Below, one piece after another: positions 52,561 to 64,000 of a stretch of DNA of 64,000 bases. The position numbers and the translations under genes were made by a program. Location: assembly GCA_036172245.1 (NCBI GenBank), contig JAYWIR010000020.1:806001-870000 (forward strand), read 5' to 3'. Origin of the DNA: Raillietiella orientalis (taxonomy: Eukaryota). The notes beneath the pieces were generated by a model that made no database searches, had not been told where the DNA came from, and saw only the letters and a program-made list of their open reading frames with translations. Numbering within the stretch: position 1 is the stretch's first letter; each line of letters starts with the position of its first letter.

Positions 52561-55500
52561 TGGGAGAACGTGGCTTCGGAAGGATAAAAAATGCACCTGA
52601 AATGTCCCATAGCATTCTTTTGCTCATATCTCTGAACATCATAATAAAAGTTGAGCGTACAAAATGGGGATTTTTTTTTAAAAAAAAAAAATTTGTCATA
52701 GTTTATTGCAGTTTACCTACGCTGTATTTGATCGACGCCCTCAGTATAATCATAATGCTTAATGAGAACCGAAAAAAAAAAGTACCTCTTGTAGTAACAT
52801 CCGTGCACAGTCGTCACTCGATTTCATATGAAAAGCGAAGTGGCGTGTGGAAATTTTTTCTCCTGAAACTGTGAACTCACTCTCATTGTCCTTCGTTTCC
52901 AAAAAACCAAGTGTGCTGAAATGCCGTCTGAATAAAGAGCATTTGGCGCACATTGCTCAGAACCGAAAGAAAGAAAGAAAGGGGGAAAAAAAATAAATAC
53001 TCGGTTTCCATGAGTAAACCGGGTAAATTTCGGTTACAGTTCGTGGTCGTGCTATTTGGGAAAAACCGTAACAGCTGAGCAGCGCCACCCACTTAATCGC
53101 CTTTACAGAGTGGGTACAACTCATTCACTTAAAATGCTCCAAGGAGAATCCTCAACGATTCATTATAGAATGAGCTTCAATCTAGCTGTTCGAGCTTTTA
53201 CGCACGTAAGGTGTCAGGAAATACAGCAGCACACACACACACGAAAAGACATCAATCCGGTTGCCATGACACAGAAAGATTACGAAGCTGTTTTGTTTTG
53301 AAAACCAAAAGCAATTCTCTGTAGGAGATGGCGGCTTCTGGTCAGCCGACCGCGCCGGAGATTCCAGATGAAACGTTGTCACAGTAGGCAGTTCACACGA
53401 TTAAAGACTTTGCGTGAAAATTACAGCGCATCAAAAGCAACAAGCCTGTTCGACGCTTTTTGGCTCATGTCATTAGCTAATTTCGGTCTGTTTTTATGAC
53501 AAGAAGCGAAAGCACACGAGAAACCCCCTCGTCGCTGCAAACCATTATGTTTTGCCAATCCTCGGTGCTCGGATCGTTCGTTTGGTTGCCACGGACACTT
53601 TTGCGTGCGTCTGTTTTCTTTTTTCCTCTCTGTATCTTGATGGTAGGACGCGGTTCAGCAATGGCACTGTTTCGTCTTCTCGCTGCTGAGGCTCTGCGTA
53701 ATGCTGAACTTGTCGGGTAATTGATTTTCGGCAGTTTGGCTTTTATGCACTTGTTTATCCTTTTGTGTAAATAACAAAGAAGAACGGCAAATCCGATAGG
53801 GACAAGATTTATAATACTGGAATAAGAATACGAAATGTCAATTGAAAAGAAAGGCGAGGCATCGGGAACAACGGATTTAGTAAGGTCGATATTCTACTTT
53901 ACCCGTGGTTGAGTTTCAAGTAGCACAAGACAAAGAAGACAAGTTTTTGCCCAGTGTATGGTGACGGAAAATTCCAAGAGGATAAATAAAATATGCTCCA
54001 AGACGTGAGTCAATGCGGCTTCAAGGAAGCGATCCTGTTATGCATATTCACAAGTCTTCTACTGGTAGCGGAGAAAGAAAAGCTTTCTCTCCGTCCCCCC
54101 CCTACTGCACTTGCTTGAGCATTTGCAGGTTTTCCTTGGTAGAACCGTGCTTTTGAAATTTTCTTGAATTCGGAGCCATAAATATTTAATTACCGAGTTG
54201 TGGGTCGTGATGCGGAAGGCAGTTTTGAAATCAAAGGCTTGCAGTCTGCCCTTATCGACTGACAATTCCCACTTCCAAACAGCGAGTTCTATTTGAAAAA
54301 TGATTTCCGGTAGAATCCTTCCAATCTTCCACTGGTTGTTCCGTTTGCTTTATTAGGAACGCAAATGTTTGGATTCTTCCTCTGTACTGGAAGTGTCTCT
54401 GGTGCATTGATTTTCTCCCGGTTCCATGCTGGCTTCTATTCGGTTCATTCTCTATTTTCTAATTGAGTACATCGGCACAGGGCGCATAGTGCGTGTTATT
54501 TTCCTCTCTAAGTCTTTCGGGGCATTATCCGAATTCACGTGTAATGATCGTTTAGCGTACAGAAGAAACATCCGATTCCAGCTCTTCCGCCTGAAAAGTA
54601 ATTAGGAACAGAACCAGACGCATCTGCAAATTCCATGTTTCCATGTATCTGCTGATGAGGATGGCGACCACTGACTGATCATCAGAAAAACTACATGAGA
54701 AATGCAACATGGAAATTCATTTTTCCTGATCATAAGCATGTATTACAGGGAGCGGATAACTGAGATCATGTTGGCAGCGGGAAAATATGGAATGAAATGA
54801 CTGTAGACATCTCTCAGAGGGACCATGCTCTTAGCTGCGAATTGTTCAAACGCAAAGCTTTGCTCACGGGCAATATCATAGCCAAGGATGCTTGCAGAGG
54901 CGTGATTATTGCTAGTTGACAACTTTACCCGAGTTGTTCAAACGTATAAGGTGTTATTCATCGATGTAATTTATATAGCTCTTGTAGAGATCTAAAAAAT
55001 GAACCAAAGAAATACCTCGACCAATGAGAAGAAAAATGTAAGGAGATTTTCATGCGTCGCACCATCTATGACGAGAGTAAATTTTTGTTTGCTGTGACGA
55101 TGGCCACAAAATCATCAAGCGCTATGAATCAGATCGTAAAGCGAGAGTATTGATACTGGATCTTGTTGATTGGTCGGCGTCTGGAGCCTTTATTTAATCT
55201 ACGTGGCGTTTTACGGAAGCTTACGAAACGTGAAATCCTGGTGAAAGTTCTGGTTACCAATTCGAGGCCGAGCAGGATGCAGCCATTCATGTGTTGCGCG
55301 AAATTCCGATGCGTCGAAGGAACAGCAGAACAGCCTGATGTGTCACGTGTGAAGCTAGCCTTTTCGTGAGGATAAATGGATACTCGCGCATGCAGGAAAC
55401 CGAAGGCACGGAGTTCGCGAAGATGAAAGATCCTGTGATGTTTTGAAAGTTGAGGCGAATGGGTGAGACATTTCTCACACGTAGTCCTGGAACGAGCAAA

Positions 55501-58500
55501 GGGGCAGCTCAAAGCGAGGAGGAAGGACGAATCCATCTTTAACGGACGTGGTGAAGTAGACCGATTGTCTTTGCAAGTGATCCACATCCGTTACAGGATC
55601 ACGTGAATGCGATTTCCTTCCGTGCTTCTGGAACAATCCGAAACAGAAGAAATCAACCGAAGTACCTGAGAAGCGGAAGACTTCCAGTACCACAAACCTT
55701 TGCTCATCTTATCGATAAGAGTTCATCAGAATGTGGGCACCGGTGCGATTGTGTTTGGTACTCTTGATAGTATTCGAGAAGAAGAATTCCTGTCAAGTAC
55801 ACCTGCGTCTTGGAGGCTGATGGTTGGATGCTATGGCCGTGACGTCGCTGCCACCCAAGGCCTCTCTTAGGAGGCACCAGTGCAAGGCGACGGATCGACT
55901 GCGATCCAAAAGCGCCAACTAGAAATCCTCGGCTCGAAGGCGGAAATCCAAGCTCGTCCTCTGCGGAGAAAGCAAGACGGCAGAGAACAGAGGAAGACCC
56001 GTGGTCGCCGCGTCCCTTCCTTCTCAGCTCCAGGTTCCCGAAAGGACTAGCCGAGCCTCATGGCTGAAGACACGTGACAACCGGGGAAACGCAAATTCCA
56101 GCCGGCTGGGAATGGGACCTCCGCTGTGCGTCTCGGAAAATGATCCCAGGATTTCGGGAGAGCGCGCTATACTCAGGAGAAATCGGCACCAGATGAAAGG
56201 AACTAAGTCCGGATTCCCGTCCGCTGAATACACGACTATTCTGAAACCTGCATCGTTCCAGTCCTCCCTGGAGCAGAGGGACTTCTACCGACGTTCCTCC
56301 TTTCCCTTTTCTCATGCTTGGGACCTCTGACAAGTTCTCCAACGGAACCAGAATATCAACGCCTATTTAGCAGTGTGGTACATTCCTCGCGGCAGATGCA
56401 AGCTGCCCACTGGGGAGGTGGGGGGATAGGAGTGCTGGGGCAAAACGATGGAAGCAACGAACATCTAAGAAGATGCATCGAGTCGCGCAAGCTGAAGCCA
56501 GATCTATCTTTTGGGCCTGAGACATCGAGAAAAAGAGCAGGAAGGTGCGGAAGAAAGTCTCTTTCAGGGGTGGCTCCATCTCTCCAGAGAGGGAAGAACT
56601 GAGTGGAAGGGGAGAAACCAAGGTGTATCGGGAGGAGGAAAACTGAGAGAAGGAGGATCTGAGGCACAAGAAAGGAGAGATGCTTAGAACGGCGCCATTA
56701 AGACGCCTCCAAGATCACAACTGACATCAGTGTAAGCCCCTTTCCCCGCACTCTTCGTTCGTGACCACTCCTCTGTCCTCCCTCCACGCAAGTCGCGCGG
56801 GGTTCGGGAAGAAGCGAGAGCGTCCCTTCGCCCGAAGATGCCCCCTCTTCCAACCCCACGATATCCCGCGTTCCGGGTCCTGCTCGAGTCTGTAAAGGAA
56901 CTCCAGCGGAGCTGCAATCGATAACGTCCAGGATGGTATCCTGGACGTCATTGGTCCGAATCCGTGGGAGTTCTGCCGGGAGGGAGCAAGGTTGACCCAC
57001 GGGGGAAAGATAGAGGGTCTCTCTCGCCACCCGTAAGTGGCAAGGAATTCCGACCGGCGACTCCTGCCTCTTCTACTCCGGTGGTCCTTCCCATGCCACG
57101 CCGTGGTCACCCGTCCACTCGAGCAGGTCTGAGCTCTCCAGAGTACTGACAGGATGCAGCAACTGAGCGTGCATCGCACATCGCAGACCTCGGTGATCCT
57201 CGCTAGTGCACAGGGGAAGAGACAGAGTCCTCTGCCGCTCTGTCACAGGACGTCACAGGAGCGACGTTCGAGAGCACAGGACCTCTTCAGCCTGGACTCT
57301 TTTCCTCTTCCTCCCAGAGTGGCGTTACCTTTTTTTTTTTGTTTATTTTTTTTCTTCCTGCCTTTGGAGGAGCGTCTCCGTGGGAGAAGATCCTCCCTTT
57401 CTCTCTCTGTGCAGCTGGCCGAGAGAGAATCAGAGACGCGACGTTCCCTCAGTGTACGGAAGCAGCAGCAGCAGCAGCCTTCGTTTCCTCTTCAGGAGGG
57501 TGAAGAGCGGCGGGTGCGCGAGCGGGTCGATGCAAGAAGAGACCTCTTCGCTTGGCTGAAGAGAGAGGGCGGTCGCACGAACCCGGATCGCCGGAAGCGG
57601 GTGGTCACCGAGCTCGGGGACCACGCGCTTCGCATACCTGGGATCTGAGGGTTCGCCGCTGCCAGTCGGACGTTCTGAACGCCCTGCGGCATCTCGGGGC
57701 ATTCCGTTCCAGGCCGCCGCGAGGTGCAGGCATGGCTCCTACCACGTGCTGGACTCGTGCCCTTCGCTCTCCCTCCTTCCCAGCCTCCGCGGAAGGAGAG
57801 AGGGAACGAGAGGGAGGGCTCGCGAGAGATCGGGACAGAAACCTGGAATCGGCACGGAGGCAGTCGAGAGGATCAGTCAGAAGTTTCCACGAAAGGCTCT
57901 GAGCGTTCGCTGCGGTTCCCAGGACTCTTTTCGAGCCCTTGCGGAAGTGGGGTCGCTGCCGTCTCCCGAAGGGCTGAGGCGGACAGATTTACGGGAGCCA
58001 CAGAGTGCCCGGCTTCCGGATCCGAGGATGCAAGCGCGCTCGCCCGCGATGTGTGCTCCAGAATGCCCGTGAAAGTTCGGGTTTGCCATGGCTCCTGGAC
58101 CGTTCCCAGGTTCTCCCCTTCCTTAACACAGCGTTCTGCTTGCCCCGATTTTTGTTCCCGAGACGCCTTGCCACAGCCTCCCTGCTTACAGCCGGTCGCA
58201 AGACCTGAACGGTGTGCCGACCTCCAGATCTGACCTGCAGGAGAAGAAGGATGCGATGTGCGTCTTCTGGAGCAGAGCATCTCGTGGAAGATGATCACCG
58301 TGCCACCTCGCTGTTCACCTGTTCCGAACGGGGGCGTGTGGGGAATTGCGGAGCATCGAGAATGTTCCTTACAAAAAAAAAAAAAATGGGAACGCGCATG
58401 GGGCTGTTTCGGCTATTCAAGTTTGTTCGTGGGCTCTGTAACACAGCTCTTTCACTCGGAAAGGAGTCCAGGCACACGTGCCGGGAATTGATGTGCTCGA

Positions 58501-61500
58501 GCTTCGAAGCAAAACATTCCAGGAGTTGATTTTCTGAAAGGAGGGACGTCAAAGTTTTCCCGGAATCGATCTTTTACCAGGAGAGGCTCTCCTGCCCGCA
58601 CGGCGGTTGGCACGGCGACCACTTCCAACTGGGGTCCTGCTCTCCTTCGACACCGATGCTCCGTCTTCATGCCTGAAGATGCGGTACCTGTTCTTCCACT
58701 TTTCCCCTTTTCCGCCCTCTTCGTTTCGCTTCCGGGGAAAGAAGTCTGTTCGAGCAGTTTCCTGCCGCGAGCCTCCGGGATCCAGAACGGGAAGTGTCCT
58801 GCTGCACGCCCCCGCAACGGCGGAACCGCAGACTCACGCCACCGACTTCGCCCGTCTGCCCATCGCTTCCCTCCCGTCGTCTTTGGGAAGGGCTGCTCCT
58901 TCCTCTGGGCGAATTCCGCGTGCCCCTCCAAAGTCGGGGCGCAGGGAGAGGGCGCGTCCGCAGCCCGCTCTCCCGAAGTCTAACGTAGGTTTAAGGCAAT
59001 CTGGACGGGGGCGCTTCCCGCTCGTCGTCGCCTCCGTGGCGCCGTTTCTCCTGGACAGAAAATCCATTCCTCCCGCGGATGTTGCGCCGGTGTTTCAGTG
59101 GTTCGCGGTTGCAGGCAGCCTCTTCGAATCCCCCTTTCGAAATTGCATCCTAGGTTTCGAGCCCCGGGAAATCGGGCACACGCGGGAAGCGCAGGCTCAT
59201 TGGTTTCCCGGAGGCGGCAGGAAGCAGAGGACCGCGAGGGGCGGCTGCAAACGGAAGCGCCGCTGCGACCGCGCTTCCTGGTTTCAGCGTGAAAGCGCGG
59301 AGCGCCCCCTCCGTGCCTTTTCCTCCGTCCACGCAGAAGAATCTCCCTGTTCTCCGCGCAGTTCTGTGTGTGTGGTGGTGGTGGTGGTGTTGGGGCTCTT
59401 CGTCAGCGTCCTCTCGTTCTTGAACGCGAACTCCGCTTGTCGTAGAAAACTCGCACCGATCGCGTCCCAGCTGCTTCCTCCTCTCTCTCTCTCCCCCCCC
59501 CCCCTTCTCCCCGCGACAGCGTGTCGTTCTCATTCTGCGTCTGCGCAGAAATGCTGATGGTGCGTGCGGAGGGCTGGAGCGAAGCGCGCCGCCCGAGGCC
59601 GCGCGCGAAGGAAACGCAGCCAACTTGCGGGAAATTCCGGGCGGAAAACGGCCATTACCGTGTTTCACGGGGAATCTGCAGCGGCTACCCTCGTCGCTGC
59701 AGCCATCGCCACGGCAAGCGGGTTTCGTTCGGCAGCACTCCGTCGTTCTTCCTCGTCCAGGCGTCCTGCTCGTAACTCCACCCTTGCGTCATCCATTGTA
59801 ATACAATGTATTTTTCCCCGTCGCCCGCGTTCCACGCATGCTAACAACGGGGACTGCCGCGGCAGCAGGCATCCTGCGAAGTCGCCGCAGATGGGCGCCC
59901 CGCGCCCTTCGACGGCGAGTACCCAGGCGCCGTTTTTGTCGTCTCCCGGAGACCGCCTGTGAGCGATGAAGATGAGTTTGGGAAAGGAGCCGAGCGAGTG
60001 CAGGCGTGTCCATGTGGGCGCATTCGGAATCGAAAAGATGTGGCCGAAGTAGCGGAGAAACAAAAAATAAAATAAGATAATATAGAGTAAGATGAAAGCA
60101 GCGTATTTTGTTCAGCTGGAAAAAAAACAAAAAATGCTGTCGCATACTTTTTTAAAGAAAAAATACGTGTAATGTAAAAACAACGCTTACAGCTGGGAAA
60201 AAGTTTTGCAAGCGTTATCATGTCAAATACTTTGGAAAAAAAAAAAAAAAAAGTGCATTCTATCAACTATTCGTTTCACGTGTATTTCCAAAATGCCAAA
60301 TATAAGAGTGACATACAAGAGGACTTTTAGTAACAGCAACTGCTAGTTTTTTCTTCTTCTCCTGGCATTTCTAAAAATGGGTCTACCTTGCCCAACTTTC
60401 TGCATTTCTACGTACAGACTTGGGAACTTCTTGTGCTTTACATAACTGGTGCTTTTCAATGCTAACTGATGTTGTGCAAAAGTGTCCAAAGCCTGTCTTT
60501 TGAGTTCCAGCTTCTACTCTCGTGGCAGTAGGCACTGACCACACCTGAGAGCATTTCCGACGCAGGTAGTTATTTTTTTTTTTTTAAAAAAAAAAGAAAA
60601 AAAAACGTTATCTTCCAGCCAGAATCCGAATCCGGCGCATGCTGCTTCCCATCACAACTCCTCACGCTTCTTCAGCTCATGATTTCGATGGGAATTCGAG
60701 GACACGGTGAGCAAGAACAAAAGACAATAAAATGCGACTCTCCCGTCGAAGATATTTTCTTACCTTATGCATCCGATGGGCAGAATTTTTTCTCTGACCA
60801 CTTGGAAAGATTCCAATTTGTTTCCTACCACACAAACGGGCATAGCTGCTGCTTTGTGTTGGGTTGTTTGGCAACGGGAGTCCAGGGATGGGAATCATTC
60901 GAGCCCGGACATCAACAAAGGATGCATAAAATCACAAGAAATCACTCCTTTTTCAACGCCCAGCTAAGTGTTCGTAAATCCCCTCCGAACTTCAACACAT
61001 TTCAACGGATAATCTCCTTTACAGTTTTCAGTTGGCAGCTTTGTGGAAGCTGCTTGAGAGGATAGAATAGCATATTTATTACAAGATCTTGGATTGAAAT
61101 AGAGCGGGATTCAGTGATGGGTGGAGAATGCGATCTTTTAAGACTCAGTGATCTTTTAAAGCAGGCTAGATCTTATAAGCGTTTCCTCCGTTTTCCAAAC
61201 TGGTGAAGTCTCAAGAGTCAGCAATCATAACGTTTTTCTTTCTGGAAACAAAATACATAAATTCAAGTATACCTAAGATTTTTATGTATGTGTCTGTGTG
61301 TGTGTGAGAGTTTTTTTTTATGTAGCAGGTGTAACAGTGAATCCAACAGCCGTCTAATAGGCTGAGGGTGTCCCGTCGAAGTCTCCATTCTAATGCATAA
61401 TTCTTTCGCCTTTTACTAAAGAATAACCGTGGATGGAAACGTCTCAATAGTCTTTAGAAGTAACTTAGCTCCATATTCAGGTAGGCTCCACGTTGACATG

Positions 61501-61599
61501 TTGTGCTTACAGTAGTTTTCCTTTTTGATTTCACTCGACTGTTAGATCTGTATCATTTCGATTTCGTAATTTTTCAGCACTTATGAACAGACAGAGAGA

Positions 61600-62220
61600 A
61601 TGCAAGCAAGAAGGAATGCCTCAGATGGACCTCATCACTGAGCGTAAAATGAGTGCAACCACATCTCAGGAAGAGAACTTTCGATATATAGATACGTGCT
61701 TTTATGTCAGTGACTGTAAACATCTTCCGATGGGCAGTTTTCGGAAGACATTGGAAATTCGTCTTACATCTTTGCTCGACCCAATTTCTGCGAAACGTGC
61801 AATGCCTTTGCTGATGTCGTTAGAAGGGCTGCTCTTACCTCTTTCAATAGGGTCAGATGATTGCCAAATGATGACTATTCATGTTTCTCTAAGTTAAAAT
61901 GTTGATTTCACAGCGCTCGCTGGCAAAGAACCCACTTTTGTTTGTTTGCTGCTATAAAAATATAAACCAAGCAATTGGTCGCTCTTCCCATTCGTTCATC
62001 ATCAATCATCATGCAAAATGCATCTGCTGGTCTGCAAAGTTAGTTCAAGAGGAACTAGGAGATTTGTTTCAGCACTCAACTGTACTTTTCCTTTATCAGC
62101 ATTCATACGCTTATTTAAATTCTTTTAAACATATCGCTCGGGTGTGCTATTCCATTCTGAATTTTGGTCTATTTAGAATGCAAGTGCTCTTTCCACTACG
62201 TCACTGTCATCCTAACATAG
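61600..62220 (-). mobile_element. Decayed RTE-like RT fragment
   Basis: The minus strand gives RSGKST (cf. FRxGRST) and ICLKEFK*AYEC (cf. FIDFKKAYDS). Confidence 0.4.
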
Positions 62221-62519
62221 TAGTGGTTGGCAGGGAGAACCCAAACCATAATTTCTGCCTTCTAAAGATCCCCAATCCTTCCCTTTTTTAAATGAACAGA
62301 GGTTTGCCACGATGCTCATTCCAGAGACGCGTAACTTATTGAATCGAAAACTCATCCCTGTGGTGTTTTTCATCATCAATGTGATCATTTCGCAATGCAT
62401 GGCATCCAAGAGAAGAAAGAAAGGATTGTTCGTTCGGAAATCAATACTTCGAAGCTGATGATCGTAAACTGCTTCTTTCCTACACTATCCATCGTCATTT
62501 ACATAGCTTGTTTTTATTT

Positions 62520-63060
62520 TCGAAGCAAAAGGCTCGCGGTTCGTGGAGCTTCGCCTGAGATCCATTTCCTCGAGCAATTCCGCTCTTGCCTATCCGATGG
62601 AAATCAACGGCTGCAAAACACCAAGTTGTCGCACAGGCAAACTTTTGAAATAACGGAAGCAAGGCTTCTGTTCAGTAAGCAACCTCGGAGTGAAGATGAC
62701 AAAACTTGCACAGTTGCTGACTAATGGAAGTGAAAGTCAGTCGGGATTCGTTTTCATCTCCATGTTTTAGGATGCGTCACCTTGAGTGGCCATGGGAAAA
62801 CCCATGCTGGTCAGATTTTTCGCTTTGCTTGCCTCTACAGAGCGAAAATTCGTCGGAGATGCTGGAATTTGGAGTCTTCGCGCTCACCGGGTCGGACCAC
62901 TGTTTGCGCAACTGGTAACTCGCCAAGGCGAGGAGTTTTCGTGTTTCCACGACGGAAAGTCTTTGCATTTTGCTAAGCGAAAAAGCGCACATTACTTTCT
63001 TGGTCCACTTGGTGAGAATTTTCTCCATATGGAGTTCTGATTTCTCACATTAATTCTTCT
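62520..63060 (+). mobile_element. Decayed CR1/L2-like RT fragment
   Basis: RLAVRGAS...LEQFRSCLSDGNQRL (cf. KL..GI...L.WF.SYLSDRxQ.V), EDDKT (cf. ADDTK) and EFGVF (cf. DLGV), in the expected order. Confidence 0.45.
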
Positions 63061-64000
63061 ATTAGAGAGAGCCCTTCGTCGACTCTGAAGTATGCATGAC
63101 TGTTGCACCAATCTGCTAAGTGATTCCTCTTTGACCTTGTTCATTCAAATGAAGCTGGCGACTGTGAAAGACTTAGCTCCGAGTAATCAAATTAAATGAA
63201 TAAACAAGAGCACAGATCAATCGGAGATAAACGGATTGGCACTGATGGTGACTGCTGCGATGAAAAAAAGCAACTGCTGTAATTTCATCATGGATGTCTG
63301 AATCCGCATTCAATGGCAAGTTCATGAAATCTTATTTGCTGGAATTTAAAAAAGCAAAACAAAAATAAAACAGGAAGTTTGTTCGTGCTCGGTGGACAAG
63401 CGCAAACAAGGCTATTCGACAAGGGTTTCCCAATTGTGTGGTAGTAGCAAATGGATTTTTGATATCGCGAGCCAGTAAGTATCACTAAAATTACTGAGCA
63501 CGAAATCGATCGGGCCATACTATTCCCGTTCCATATGCCTCAAAGCTGGAAATTCGCTTCCAGTCTCCAGTCATGTATTGTGCAACATAGTTGCATGGCT
63601 GCTTTAGCAAGCATTCTCATGCCTGACATATGAAACGATTCTATCTGGTCTCTTTAACCATCGAGTTTTCTTCGAATGGTGAACTTTCTCGAGCTGTGTG
63701 AGGGCAGTTTCATCAAGAAAGAAAGAAAGAAAAACGATATGATGCGGATGTCTCTGATTGTAGCAAGAGAAGCAAACACTTGGAGTTGATGAAAACGTGT
63801 GATTGGCAGGTCGGCAGGTGACCCAGAACTGATGCTTCGCTTGTTTCCCTATGGTAGCGAGCTGTCCAGAGAAGTTTCAGTCGGCTGCAGCGAAGTTTCA
63901 TCAGGGTTTGATGAAATCTTTTCGATAACACTTCCATTCAAATGTTTTGCTTCCGCCATCCCAAAACGGCAGATTTTCACGTAATTTCCCCTTTTTGGAG

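Noticed and set aside
58607..59557. 316-aa + strand ORF
   Set aside because: Reads through simple repeats, has no domain motif and overlaps ORFs in all frames; a GC artefact.
1..64000. Prokaryotic systems (CRISPR arrays, operons, defence islands), rRNA and tRNA genes
   Set aside because: Spliceosomal introns and metazoan genes show the DNA is eukaryotic; I saw no regularly spaced repeats or recognisable structural RNA genes.

Overview
Eukaryotic (metazoan) genomic DNA; the proteins look protostome/arthropod-like, which is an inference. Positions 1-19 kb are AT-rich and very compact, with four housekeeping genes: PGAP1 (+, 15 coding exons), STRAP (+, ATG only 67 nt after the PGAP1 stop), an intronless FARSB (-, stop 44 nt from the STRAP stop) and CNOT3 (-). 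Most introns are only about 39-60 nt, and kilobase introns occur only near the 5' ends of genes. 20-30 kb is decayed retroelement debris, including Penelope-like RT/GIY-YIG remnants, plus one near-perfect 83-nt hairpin. 31.2-40.8 kb is FNDC3 (-), with candidate alternative first exons and a GC-AG intron. I found no intact gene in 41-64 kb. That stretch holds a frameshifted GART/PurM (AIRS) fragment, an identical 148-bp inverted duplication around about 2.8 kb, many degenerate LINE fragments and two strongly GC/CpG-rich islands. The best candidate for new biology is the PGAP1-STRAP junction, which looks like a dicistronic, nested or trans-spliced arrangement. All gene models and motif matches were read by eye; no database searches were run.
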